A stretch of 63,862 nt of DNA, counting the filler, from Octopus bimaculoides (Eukaryota), in the NCBI RefSeq assembly GCF_001194135.2. It is 9 parts of 9 records of this genome, joined end to end, with 100 filler letters (N's around TTAATTAATTAA, not from the genome) between each part and the next. Parts side by side here need not be neighbours in the genome. Positions count along the whole stretch, not along the records: positions 27,675 to 49,003 come from NC_068988.1; positions 49,104 to 55,181 come from NC_069003.1; 7 more parts are not named here. One strand, given 5' to 3'. A program made the translations under genes and the position numbers. Of this stretch, positions 39,102 through 51,131 are shown one piece after another. The notes under the pieces are model-generated. The model was given only the letters and a program-made list of their open reading frames with translations. It searched no databases and had not been told where the DNA came from. Each line of letters begins with the position of its first letter. The first letter of the stretch is position 1.

Positions 39102-39340
39102 TGAAAAAAGTCGTCAGAATTTTGGAAAAAACTTTTTGTATTCTATCTTCATTTGCATATTAGTGACCATTAAGGCGGCGAGCTGACAGAAACGTTAGCA
39201 GGCCGGGCGAAATGCTGAGCGCATCTCGTCTGTCTTTAGGTTCTGAGTTCAAATTGCGCCGAGGTTGACTTCATATTAAATGAAGATATAATAGAACAAA
39301 AAAGCGGTTTTTCCAAAATTCTGACGACTTTTTTTCAATA
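39099..39340. mobile_element. Inverted-repeat element (~55-bp arms) containing a 3'-truncated family B SINE
   Basis: TATTGAAAAAAGTCGTCAGAATTTTGGAAAAA...ATCTTCATTT mirrored at 39278-39340; SINE head at about 39170-39272. Confidence 0.8.
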
Positions 39341-39764
39341 TTCAATTCTGTACATTACACCTAACACTCTACACATACAGGTGTTTCTGCAGTAACCGTC
39401 TTTCTGTTTGTTTTTTTAAATTCAGATATTTAAGGGATCAGTTGACCATGAAAAGGCCCCCTCACTAGCTTGTGGAAAGTAATATCGGTCGTGTTAGCTG
39501 AGACAGTATTAAGAGTTCTGACTTCAGACAGCGCTATTTAAGCTTCCTGGTAATAAGCACACCGCAATCAATGTCAGTGGTGTTGTAACCACCGTGTTCC
39601 TTCAATCAATAAACCTACCGATCTAGCCTGCAAAAAACTTCCCTGTCATATATGATGGATACAAATTCGAAACTGTTGTCATTTTCATTTCATTTTCATT
39701 TTATCTAGTTTCAGCTCATGAGCTGTGGCCATGCTGGGGCACCGCTATTTTTTAGTAATAATAA

Positions 39765-40140
39765 ATATTCTTTTCTACTCTAGGTACAAATCTCGAAATT
39801 TTTTGGTAGGATGCCAGTCGATTAGATCGACCTCAGTACGCAACTGGTACTTAATTTATCGACCCCGAAAGGATGAAAGGCAAAGTCGAGCTCGGCAGAA
39901 TTTGAACTGAGAACGAAGACAGACGAAATACCGCTAAGTATTTCGCCCGATGTGCTACTTAATGGTATTTCGTCTTTCTTTAAGTTCTGAGTTCAAATTC
40001 CGCTGAGGTCGACTTTGCCTTTCATCCTTTCGGGGTCGATAAATTAAGTACCATTTGCATACTGGGGTCGATCTAATCGACTGGCCCCCTCTCCCCCAAA
40101 TTTTGGGCTTTGTGCCTAGAGTAGAAAAGATTATCTATTA
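39765..40140. repeat. Inverted pair of head-truncated family B SINEs forming a long near-palindrome
   Basis: - copy 39765-39955 and + copy 39961-40140; arms of about 170 bp are highly complementary around a short spacer. Confidence 0.9.
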
Positions 40141-40172
40141 TCTTTCTTTCAATAATAATAATAATAAAAATT

Positions 40173-40487
40173 GTGAAGGCGCGTGGCTTAGTAGTTAAAG
40201 TATTTGGCTCACGATCACAAGGTCGTGATTTCGAATTTCAGCGGTGTACTTTGAGCAAAACACTTTACTTCTCGTTGCTCAGGACACTCAGTTAGAAAAC
40301 ATGAGTACGATCTGTATTTCAAAGAACCAGTTTTGTCACATTTTGAGTTACGCTGAATCTCCCCGAGAACTAAGTTAAGCTACGCGTGTCTGTGGAGTGC
40401 TCAACCGCTTTCACGTTAATATCACGAGCAGGCTGTTCCGTTGATCGGATCATCTGGAACCCTCGTCGTCGTAACTGACGGAGTGCT
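40173..40487 (+). mobile_element. SINE family D, full length
   Basis: GTGAAGGCGCGTGGCTTAGTAGTTAAAG tRNA-like head; TTGAGCAAAACACTTTACTTCTCGTTGCTC central domain; tail CCCTCGTCGTCGTAACTGACGGAGTGC. Confidence 0.85.
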
Positions 40488-41344
40488 ACTTATTATTATA
40501 TCGGTTGAGTTTCTGGGTACGAACAAAAAAAAATGCGAATCAAAGAAGAAAAGGAATAACCTGTTAAATATTCATTAGATGGCAAAGAAATATTGAATTA
40601 TATTAATATTTAATAAGCAGAAAACCTATTTTATCTCAGGAGAGAAAATAGAATAAAAAACAAGAAAAGTTTTTTCTCATGGAAAACCTTGAAGAAAAAA
40701 CATACACAATACAAGGGTTTAGGCACAGAACGGGGCACAATTGCACAGGTGCATACCCTGCTTTAGACTNNNNNNNNNNNNNNNNNNNNNNNNNNNNNNN
40801 NNNNNNNNNNNNNNNNNNNNNNNNNNNNNNNNNNNNNNNNNNNNNNNNNNNNNNNNNNNNNNNNNNNNNNNNNNNNNNNNNNNNNNNNNNNNNNNNNNNN
40901 NNNNNNNNNNNNNNNNNNNNNNNNNNNNNNNNNNNNNNNNNNNNNNNNNNNNNNNNNNNNNNNNNNNNNNNNNNNNNNNNNNNNNNNNNNNNNNNNNNNN
41001 NNNNNNNNNNNNNNNNNNNNNNNNNNNNNNNNNNNNNNNNNNNNNNNNNNNNNNNNNNNNNNNNNNNNNNNNNNNNNNNNNNNNNNNNNNNNNNNNNNNN
41101 NNNNNNNNNNNNNNNNNNNNNNNNNNNNNNNNNNNNNNNNNNNNNNNNNNNNNNNNNNNNNNNNNNNNNNNNNNNNNNNNNNNNNNNNNNNNNNNNNNNN
41201 NNNNNNNNNNNNNNNNNNNNNNNNNNNNNNNNNNNNNNNNNNNNNNNNNNNNNNNNNNNNNNNNNNNNNNNNNNNNNNNNNNNNNNNNNNNNNNNNNNNN
41301 NNNNNNNNNNNNNNNNNNNNNNNNNNNNNNNNNNNNNNNNNNNN

Positions 41345-41396
<52 letters not shown>

Positions 41397-43280
41397 TAAT
41401 TTGCAGAGTCATTAAACCATGTGATAGAATTGTTTGTAATATTCATCGCAATTTTTTGTGCTCTGAATTCAAATCTGACGGAGAACTTTGCTTTTACCCT
41501 TTCCTGGTGGACGAACGAAGTAAAAACAAAAAAATTGGATTGGCGGAATTATCCTTGTGCAAATATTCGTTGCCCTATTGGCAAATGGTACACTTTGCTT
41601 TGTATATAAATATATTTCGTTTGCATTTAAAGCGTATTTTGTTTTATATAATAAATATCTCGATCATATTGGCAATGTATAAATATATTTGAAATTAGAT
41701 TTTATCGTTAAGAAATTCGTACTGAAATAACAGTTTTAAATTGTCAGAAAGTAAAATAAACTAATGCTTCCAAATGCAACGGAAAGTATAAACTTACACG
41801 CTTCAAATATAAACGAAAAATTTTATGGCAAAAGAAAAAAAATGTTCTGCGGTTGTAAATACTTTAATTTCAATTAGTTTCTTATAATAAAAAGAAAATA
41901 CCAGAGTTTTATGTTAAAATAGTTACAGATTCTGAATCCGTAATGTTCAAAGTGTTTTTTAAAGGCAACATGAAAATGTTAGGGATGTTTAACAGTCCAA
42001 TTTTTATTTTGTTTTCACATTTTATGATCAGCTTTCAATCTTGAATGTTACACGTATTTTATGCACAAAACGTATCATGGAGTTGTAACCGTTAAAATGT
42101 TTTATTTCAGCCAAATCAGACAGGGAATTATGTGGGTAATGCAGGGGTAATGTGAAATCAAGTTAAGGATACCCACGAGGGTAATTTGAAATCGACTTCA
42201 AATTACCGTGAGGTAACTTGAAATGAGGTTGGGTTGAGAGTAACTTGAAATCATTACACCGGTATAGCTGTAATCCACTTACTAAACGAAAAAGCAAGAG
42301 AATAAAAGAACACACGCATGCATATATCGTAATGCAAGACCTGTAAAATATACTTCTAATATATTTTACGTCGTTCAAACGTTAGCTAATAAAGAACTTA
42401 ATACGCTGAGTAGAGTTGATATGAATGCTTGTTGTGTAACAGTCGTGAACAGCCCAGCCCGGAGCGAACTCTGAGTCAGCAGTCAACATTTGCTATAACA
42501 AAGGCACACATTCACACATACACAGTTCAAATGACAATAATTTTACTGCAACCACCAAATATTACAATTGTTTGCATACAATAATGTTGTTGGAACAGGA
42601 ATAATCCTTCAAGGTATACATGTATATGAATACATATATACGTATATAAGATANNNNNNNNNNNNNNNNNNNNNNNNNNNNNNNNNNNNNNNNNNNNNNN
42701 NNNNNNNNNNNNNNNNNNNNNNNNNNNNNNNNNNNNNNNNNNNNNNNNNNNNNNNNNNNNNNNNNNNNNNNNNNNNNNNNNNNNNTATATATATATAATT
42801 CATATGTCAATATTTCTGCAGCAACCGCCGAATATAATAGTTTGCATGCAATAATATTACTGAAACATATTGAATCCTCAGAGCTCGTCCAAACTTATCA
42901 ATTTTCTGCGTTTTTATTTTCATTCCTCTCCATAAGTGCCTCGTATTTACAATGTAGAGCTTTATTAACAATACACTTTATAGGGTTAATGCATATAGCA
43001 GTGTTTCCCACATTGCTATAAAACTGCGTATATTCTATTTTCTGTCTATTTTCAAATCCTGTCGTTTCATAGAGGAACAATAATACCAGTTGCAATGGTC
43101 TACCATATTTGTATTGAAGAAAACAACAGCCAATACGCAATAAAAACTTATTGTTGTGCAGGTGTATTCATGCATGCTTTTGTTGACGTAGCCTCAGCTC
43201 AGCTCTGATCGAACAGACCAATGAGTAACAGGTAGGTAACTGCCCGAACAGCTAGGAGAGACTCGCATATCTATTGTCTT

Positions 43281-43452
43281 TGGTGCAGGCATGGCTGTGT
43301 GGTTAAAGAGCTCGATGTGCAACCACGGAGTTTTGGGTTCAGTCCCACTAAGCGGTGCCTTGTGTAAGTGTGTTCTCCTATATCCCTGGGTTGACTAATG
43401 ACTTGTGAATGAATTTGGTAGACGGGAACTGTTTGGAAGTCCGTCGTATATG
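43281..43452 (+). mobile_element. SINE family A, 5' half
   Basis: Head and core up to CCGTCGTATATG, then replaced by the LINE fragment. Confidence 0.8.
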
Positions 43453-44520
43453 TTGACACGAGCGGCTGCTCTTCCGCTTTTTGTGCAAGGGACGCGTTCC
43501 AGTAGTCAGGCGTACCATTTGTTGTCACCACTTTGAGTGGAGGACTAGGTGTGCCGTGGTTGAAGATGCTCAAGGATACGCTGAAGCTGCGACTTCTCCA
43601 ATGTTTCGTAGACAGTGAGCTTGGTGTCGTCGCCGTTTGTCAGATTCGCTTTTCCACAGCTTGTCTTTTTGTACAGAAAGGCAGTCCAGAATCAAGCGTA
43701 GACCGAAGCAGGGTTACCTGGAACCTACTGTACCGTCACAGTAGGTTCCAGGAAAGAACAGCGACGCTTTCGGAATGACTTTGGGCGTCGACGAGAATCA
43801 TCAAAGAGGTTAGTCTTTTCTGGAAAACTTTCAGGTTGAGGCCCATGCATATCATTTCCAGAAATCTCGAGCCTCTCGGTGCTACCAAAGAGTATTACAA
43901 GTTTGAGATAAACTTTGCCGGTATTGAAATTCAATCAGTCGGGTCTTCCCGAAATGCGCAGAGATCGACGAAACTGTTCTGCACGCACTAGAACAATGCT
44001 TAAACATTGCTGACTTGTGGAGTTATACCTGCTCTCGCGCGTAGGACGAATCCAGCTACTAGCTGAGTCTCTTGTGAAGTTCGTTCTGCCATCTTCCCAC
44101 GGACGGAAAGAACAGGCAACCTTTACCTGTCTTGTGGTCTTAGCAAAAGAGGTTGTGCAGTGACCAAGACCTCATCGTTTTTGTTGTGCATTTTAAACTT
44201 TTATTTGAAAAAAAGTGAGGCTGGAGAGGGATGTGCTGCTTTCCAGCAAATTTGTTGAAAGGTGAATGATAGTGGTAAGAATAGTCCAAACAGACGGACC
44301 TCTTCTGAGCACGCACATGTAGATTGAGGCAGATGGGTGACCGTGGTTTTGTGGCGTTTCCACGAGCAGTCTCCTCCCTTTTGAGAAATTCTCCTAGTTT
44401 GAACATTCCCCCCTCCCCCCTGTTTACATGCCTTTATGTGACTCCAATATCATATTGTATTCATTCTGTCGTCTTGCACTGTCTTCGTTCTGTTTGTAAA
44501 TCCTTAGTCATTAATAAAGA
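43453..44520 (+). pseudogene. L1/Tx1-clade LINE 3' fragment (post-RT region, C-terminal zinc knuckle, 3' UTR)
   Basis: LFRFLCKGRVPVVRRTICC..LSGGLGVPWLKML; FQKSRASRCYQRVLQV*DKL; FPKCAEIDETVLHALEQC (decayed CCHC); AATAAA at 44513-44518 before (ATC)n. Confidence 0.85.
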
Positions 44521-44551
44521 AATCATCATCATCATCGTCATCATCATCATC

Positions 44552-44582
<31 letters not shown>

Positions 44583-44585
<3 letters not shown>

Positions 44586-44810
44586 AGGCAACGAGATGAC
44601 GCAATAGTTAGCGTGCCGAGTGAAAAACGCTTAGCGTCGTTTCTTCCGGCTCGTTACGCTCTGTGTTCAAATTGCCGCCAAGGTCGACCTTGCCTCTTAT
44701 CTTTTCAAGATCAGTAAAACAAGAGCTAGTTGAGCACTGAGGTCGATACAATCGACTAACCCACAACCACTAAAACTACTGGTCTTGTGCCAAAATTTGA
44801 AATCATTAAT
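44583..44810 (+). mobile_element. Family B SINE, degenerate
   Basis: GTTCAAATTGCCGCCAAGGTCGACCTTGCCT... and tail GGTCTTGTGCCAAAATTTGAAATC. Confidence 0.75.
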
Positions 44811-45901
44811 ATTGTTTATTTATTTAAGCATTCATTTATTTACCGTTTCTACATTCTACGCGCTGATTAAAGGTGATTTTAGTCGGCGCTAGCATAGAAT
44901 GAGTACTTAAACGAACGGCACCAGATGGGATAAAAGTTAATGTCCAGTTAGTCCGAAATGTTAATATTCGCATATATCTTACTTTTAACCACTGGCGCTA
45001 TTTTTGTTTTACTCTATACGGTATCGCAATACAAATATTTGTCTTCTAATACATGAATACAATAAACGCTTTATCTTTCTGCTTGGACTGTTATCATATA
45101 CCCAATAAATCTCTCGCTTCCTCTCCACCTCTCTTCTCTCTCTCAGTAATATATATATAAATGTGTGTGTGTGTGTGTGTGTGTGTGTACACAGACACAG
45201 ACACACATATACATATATATGATACATACAGTTGCGCATGCAAATCTATTTATATTCGCATACCCGCATATACATGCACAATACATACTCAATTCAAAAA
45301 GTGAGAGTAAGAGAGACATTGTGTATAAAAGCTATCAACAGAGTTAAGGAAGGCGTCAATCAAACCCATGCACAACCCGTTGGCTGAAGGCTGGTTGCGG
45401 TAGTGGGGATGGGAGAGTAGTAAATCCATGGGCCTTTTAACGTCATATTCGTGTTTAAACATGATACGGAGCCTACGAAGCTACTAATAATATAAACTCA
45501 AGCAGCAACATTACGCTAGCTAACATTCTCACCCGCTCATGTAATTCGTTTTATCTCCTATCAAGCTACGTCTATATATTTTATCATTTTCCCCATTTCT
45601 CTCACAGTTTCTGTCAGGTTCTCTTTAATGTGCATTTATCTTTTAGCTCCAAGCCTGCTTCTCAGCAATCTAATTCGAAGAGCTACGCCTTAGGAAAGGT
45701 CAACATGACAATGATGTTTGCAATATGCAGCGTCTCAAAGCGATGGCGAATTTCATCATTTTTACCATTTCACCTTAACACTTTTAACATATAATACAGT
45801 AACCTTGAACATCTATTATCTCGCTCTTGAGAAGGGCATGGCTATCTCAACATCTCCACACCACCTTTCTAAATACCAATTTACTAATATTTGATGCATC
45901 C

Positions 45902-46337
45902 AAGGTGGCGAGCTGACAGAATCGTTAGTACGCCAGGCAAAATGCTTAGCGGCATATCGTCTGCCACTGCGTTCTGAGTTCAAATTCCGCCGGTCGACTT
46001 TGCCTTTCTTCCTTTTGGGGTCGTTAAAATAAGTACCAGTTGATCACTGGAGTTGATGTAATCGGCTTAACCAATCCCACCCTCCATGAAACCAATATTT
46101 GTTGCATCCAAGACGGTGATGCATCAAGGTGGTGAGCCGGTTCGTTAGTATGCCGGGCAAAATGCTTTGCAACACTTCGTCTGTCTTTGTGCTCTGAGTT
46201 CAAATTCCACAAAGGTCGACTTTGCCTTTCATCCTTTTGGGAGTTGATAAAATAAGTACCAGTTGAGTGCTAGAGTCGAGGTAATCGACTTACCTCTTCC
46301 CCGACATTTCTGGCCTTGTACCAAAACTTGAAATCAC
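45902..46337 (+). mobile_element. Two tandem family B SINEs separated and flanked by a triplicated target site
   Basis: TATTTG[A/T]TGCATCC at 45888-45901, 46096-46109 and 46338-46351. Confidence 0.85.
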
Positions 46338-46351
46338 TATTTGTTGCATCC

Positions 46352-46630
46352 CTGAGTGTATAACAGTTTATATGTCATGTTACAAGAGCAGAGATTGAAG
46401 TTTGCTGGCCACTGCTGGAGAAGTAAAGAAGAAATTGTGAGTAATGTGTTACTGTGGACACTAAATCATGGTACCATAGCGGCTGAAAAACCAGGGAAGA
46501 TGTATATAAAACAGCTTGCAGAAGATGTTGGATACCAAGTTGAAGACCTAAAAACACTAATGGAAGATCGGGAGGGATGGAGAGAGGTAGTCAGGCTGGC
46601 CCGGGCAGACAGTCTGACTGGATGATGCGT
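46352..46630 (+). pseudogene. RTE-clade LINE C-terminal fragment
   Basis: QRLKFAGHCWRSKEEIVSNVLLWTLNHG...YIKQLAEDVG...LMEDREGWREVV matches the RTE RRLRFAGH...DR..WR tail. Confidence 0.85.
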
Positions 46631-47794
46631 GATATATATATAAAAAAAATAAACTATAGATATTTCAGTGTAAATATTTGTTCCTAACAAAACACAAGGC
46701 CTCAAATTTGACCGTGAGCTTAGGGAATTTTAGTGCTCTCTCCCCAATACATGACTTGTACTGCCTTTTCTTGATCCTACGATACTACAAGGTATTTTGT
46801 TGGCGATCTACTGATTCGACCATCTCGTTAATTATGATTTCTTATACTGGTACAAGGCTAAGAATTTTATGGGGATGAAGTAGTTGATTACACGAGACTC
46901 ATTATTGACTGGTTCATTATTGATTGAAACTTATTTTATTGACCTTGAGGAAATGAAAGGCAAAAATTAACTTCGGTGGGATTTGAACTCAGAGATTAAA
47001 AGGACCGTAATTAAATATGTTATGATTCTGGTAATGAACATTCCTCTATTCGGTTACTTTTATAACAGCAATTATAATGACGATTTCGAAAACTAGCACG
47101 AGACCACAAATACCGGAAGGAGAGGGTGTAATTGATAAAACCGAACCCCACTATTTGATTCGCGCATTAATTTATCGACTCTAGAAAGATAATCAGTGAA
47201 GTCCCCCTCAGCGTTAATTAAACTCATAACGCAACATAGACGTGAAAAGATGTTTATCTTACTTTGGGCTTCCAACTCCTGATGGAATCGTTCGGACGCT
47301 GTCGTAACAAATGGTGTGTCTCAGGCATCTTTTTTAGACCTGGTGATATCTTATGTTATATCGTGTTGTAACAACATAGATAACGAGATAAATACGAAGT
47401 AACTTTATGTGTAGTTAATTAATCAGGTATCCTCTAGTGGAATAGTGAGTCGCACTGATCATTTCATTAAAATATGATTGTTTAAATAAAAGAGTAATTA
47501 ACAAATATTTCAATTAAAGATTAGTAACACGATACCTTACACCATCCTGCTCCAGGTCTGGTCACGGCAGATTTCTTCCAGAGAGACACACACAGAGACA
47601 CAGAGACAGACAAACGAAAAGAAAGAATGAATGAGAAACAGAAACAGTGAAGAATTGATCCTGGTGTACACAAGAAAAGTACTTCATTTATCGACCATGA
47701 AAGGTTGAAAGATAGAGTTGGCCTAGGTGGTATTTGAATTCAGTGTGCAAATCCTACTGAATCTACCAAACCAATTTTACTGTTAAGAAAACAA

Positions 47795-48265
47795 TAGCGC
47801 TTCTAATAGGTACAACACCCGAAATTTTCGGATTGGGGTTGGGGGTGGGTGGATAGTCGATTGCATCGACAACAGTGCTCAAATGGTATTTATTTTATCG
47901 ATTCCAAAAAAAAAAAAAATGAAAGACAATGTCGACCTCGGTGACATTTGAACTGGAACCGAAATACCGCTAAGCATTTGACCCGGCGTGCTAGCGAGTC
48001 TGCCAACTCGCCGCTTGACAACACTTCTAATAATTGATTGATGATAAGGAGGTGAACTGACAAAATAGTTACCGTGTCGGCCAAAATGCTTAGCAGCATA
48101 TCGTTCATTTTTACGTTCTAAGTTCAAATTCCGCCGAAGTTGACTTTGCCTTTCATCTTTTCGGGGTCGATAAAATAAGTACCAGCTGAACATTGGACCA
48201 ATATAATTGACTTACACCCTTACCCGAACTTGCTGGGCTTGTACCAAAATTTGAACCAATATTAA
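47795..48265. mobile_element. Head-to-head family B SINE pair (- 47795-48020, + 48050-48265); further decayed copies at 46860-47230 and 47660-47760
   Basis: Family B central domain on both strands. Confidence 0.75.
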
Positions 48266-48769
48266 ATGACAACTAAAATCGTCTAAGAGTATAGAAAAAC
48301 TGAAGTGAAAACGTGATGCAGCTGGTAAAGCTGTCAATCAGAAGAGTTCACTTCTGTCAGGATTGAGGAGGAGTTGCTGTAATTTTGGAATAGACCGACT
48401 TTCTGTTGAAAGGTGGGAGGGAGAAACTTGTGTGACAGCTTTAACATTTCCACACACGTGTTTGGTCATAAAGTTGTCCTCCTGTTCTTAATGAGGCGTG
48501 AGATAAACAACTCTTCATTGTTTTATTCTCTCATAATACACAGGTTACCACTCTCTCGTTTGCTTTCCTCTTCCTTGCCTTCTTTCCTTGCTTTTCTTTT
48601 TTCTTTTTACTCCTCTTTCTCCCCTCTTTCCTTTCTTTCTTTCCTTCTATCTTTCCTTTTCTCTCATTCATTCATTCATTCATTCACTCATTCAGTCTTT
48701 CTTTCCATTTCTATTTTCTGCTTTGACGGATTCAGCATTTACAAACACATACAGAAACGCTCCCACCAC

Positions 48770-48818
<49 letters not shown>

Positions 48819-49103
48819 CACCACCCCCGTTTACATCGCTCACCCACGCACAACCTCTCCTTTTTCTCCAAAGTCTCGATTTCCATATCTGTTTCTCTGC
48901 TGTTTCTCTCTCCTTTACTTTTTATACTGTCTCTTTTTTCTTCTATATAATTACGCACACACATACACACACATGCTCACTTATATGAAAACTTTGCTTC
49001 AGTNNNNNNNNNNNNNNNNNNNNNNNNNNNNNNNNNNNNNNNNNNNNTTAATTAATTAANNNNNNNNNNNNNNNNNNNNNNNNNNNNNNNNNNNNNNNNN
49101 NNN

Positions 49104-49141
<38 letters not shown>

Positions 49142-49399
49142 ACTGTATTGACTATCAGATGTTGCTATACACCGCTGGTCACAGTGTGCTTCCTTGCGTC
49201 GTTGTATCCTTCGAATGATGCCACCCTCCACCAACGGCTAGCCAGGCAGGTCGACATCCTCTTCCCTCCGAATGGAACTCCAGTCTTTCACAAAAGCATT
49301 TATAGCCGAGAGGATTGGAGAATGCAAAATGAAGTACGAACGACTTGTATGAACACAGTATTTCGTTATGCAACCATGATATACCACAAAGTGTAAGTT

Positions 49400-49590
49400 G
49401 GTGAGCGGGCAGAATCGTTAGCCCGTTGGCCGAAATGCTCACGTTTTGAGTCCAAATTCCACCGAGGTCGACTTTGCCTGTCATGCTTTCGGGATCGATA
49501 AAATAAGTACCAGTTGAGCACTGGGGTCTATGTAATCGATGTACCCTCACCCCAAACTTGCTGACTTTGTGCCAAAATTCGAAATCAATA
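49400..49590 (+). mobile_element. Family B SINE with internal deletion
   Basis: GAGGTCGACTTTGCCTGTCATGCTTTCGGGATCGATAAAATAAGTACCAGTTGAGCACTGGGG. Confidence 0.85.
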
Positions 49591-50028
49591 TATTACAAAG
49601 TATATTAAACGACTTATAAGTCAACACTGTGTCCTACTGTGTTAGCAGTGCTATTGAATCACATGTTTAGCTTATTTCTACAGATTTTCTGAAGAAATAG
49701 CCAGCACTGATTTTGTTACGATGCTTCGTATTCGAGTGTGTCTAATGTAAACAACAATGAGATTGAAGACGAAGAATGGCTAAAGGGTATATATGCCATG
49801 TTTCATGAGTTCTTGCTTCTTTTTCAGTACCGCATCCAACCCATTGACCATCCACGAACTCATTGCATAAATACATCGTAACAGATCAGTGCTGACCATA
49901 ATTTCTATAGAAAACCTGTAGAGATAACCTTCATAAGAAAAATGAAGTGTTTTACTCATGAAAACATCACACCTTAACCACTAAGCCACGCGCATTCCAC
50001 CACCCCTATCTCTCTCACACTCTCTCAT

Positions 50029-50084
<56 letters not shown>

Positions 50085-50120
50085 NNNNNNNNNNNNNNNN
50101 NNNNNNNNNNNNNNNNNNNN

Positions 50121-50201
<81 letters not shown>

Positions 50202-50349
50202 ACATACGTTTCTATATAATATATCCTTGTCTTTATATCGCGTGCCAATTGTAGACGAATGTCATCGTCATACAATCGTTGTAGTTTGTTTGTTGTTATC
50301 CATGAAAACATGACTGGCAATTTTGTGTTCAAGAGACATAAAAGAAATA

Positions 50350-50490
50350 GAACTTATTTTCTTTTCTACCCAGAAACGATGAAAGGTAAAGTCAACCTCG
50401 GAGGAATTTGAACTCAGAACGTAAAGGCAGACGAAATGCCGCTAAGCATTTTGCCCGACGAGCTAACGATTCTACTAGTTTGCCGCCTTA
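50350..50490 (-). mobile_element. Family B SINE 5' half
   Basis: AAGGCGGCAAACTAGTAGAATCGTTAGCTCG head on the minus strand. Confidence 0.8.
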
Positions 50491-50492
50491 CC

Positions 50493-50523
<31 letters not shown>

Positions 50524-50525
<2 letters not shown>

Positions 50526-51081
50526 GCCCTGATGCAGTACCAGGCAGTGGCTCTTATGGCTTCTGATCTTAATTGATTGGAAGTATTATCATGTACATTG
50601 TTTTGTCTTGGTATTAAAAGATGGGCTACAGCAAATATTCTGCTCAATACCACAGATTTGCTTGTCAGTTGTTTGACCATAACCAGTTGAGAATGTCCCT
50701 TGGTGGCTGACGATATTTGCATCTCTGATCACGAGAAGAAGTAGTGGGGGAGCATTATAGCCATGTGTTGAGAGGAGTTCTTTGGGGTTTGAATAATTCA
50801 CCTTTGGAAACATGGGTGTTTTGCTCAACATCCTTAAACAAACCTTATTCAGGGACCTTTTGAGTGGGATGGGCTACTCGACCTGAAGAAAATTCTAACT
50901 GGGCCCCACCTGCGAGGTCATGCGCTGTTTATCTTGATATGAGATCACCATGTCGCACACATATGGTTGTGATGCATGTGCCTGGTGTACCCTTATCAGA
51001 CGGGTAGTCATGATGGGTCTATTGGGCTTCGTATATTTGTACCCCAGTGTCATTTTGATGACATGCGCTGCTCTCTCACTC
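50524..51081. mobile_element. ~558-bp non-coding element flanked by (AAT)n on both sides (copy 1)
   Basis: Same termini as the inverted copy at 62695-63231; no tRNA head or ORF family recognised. Confidence 0.85.
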
Positions 51082-51131
51082 AATAATAATAATAATAATA
51101 ATAATAATATTAATAATAATAATAATAATAA

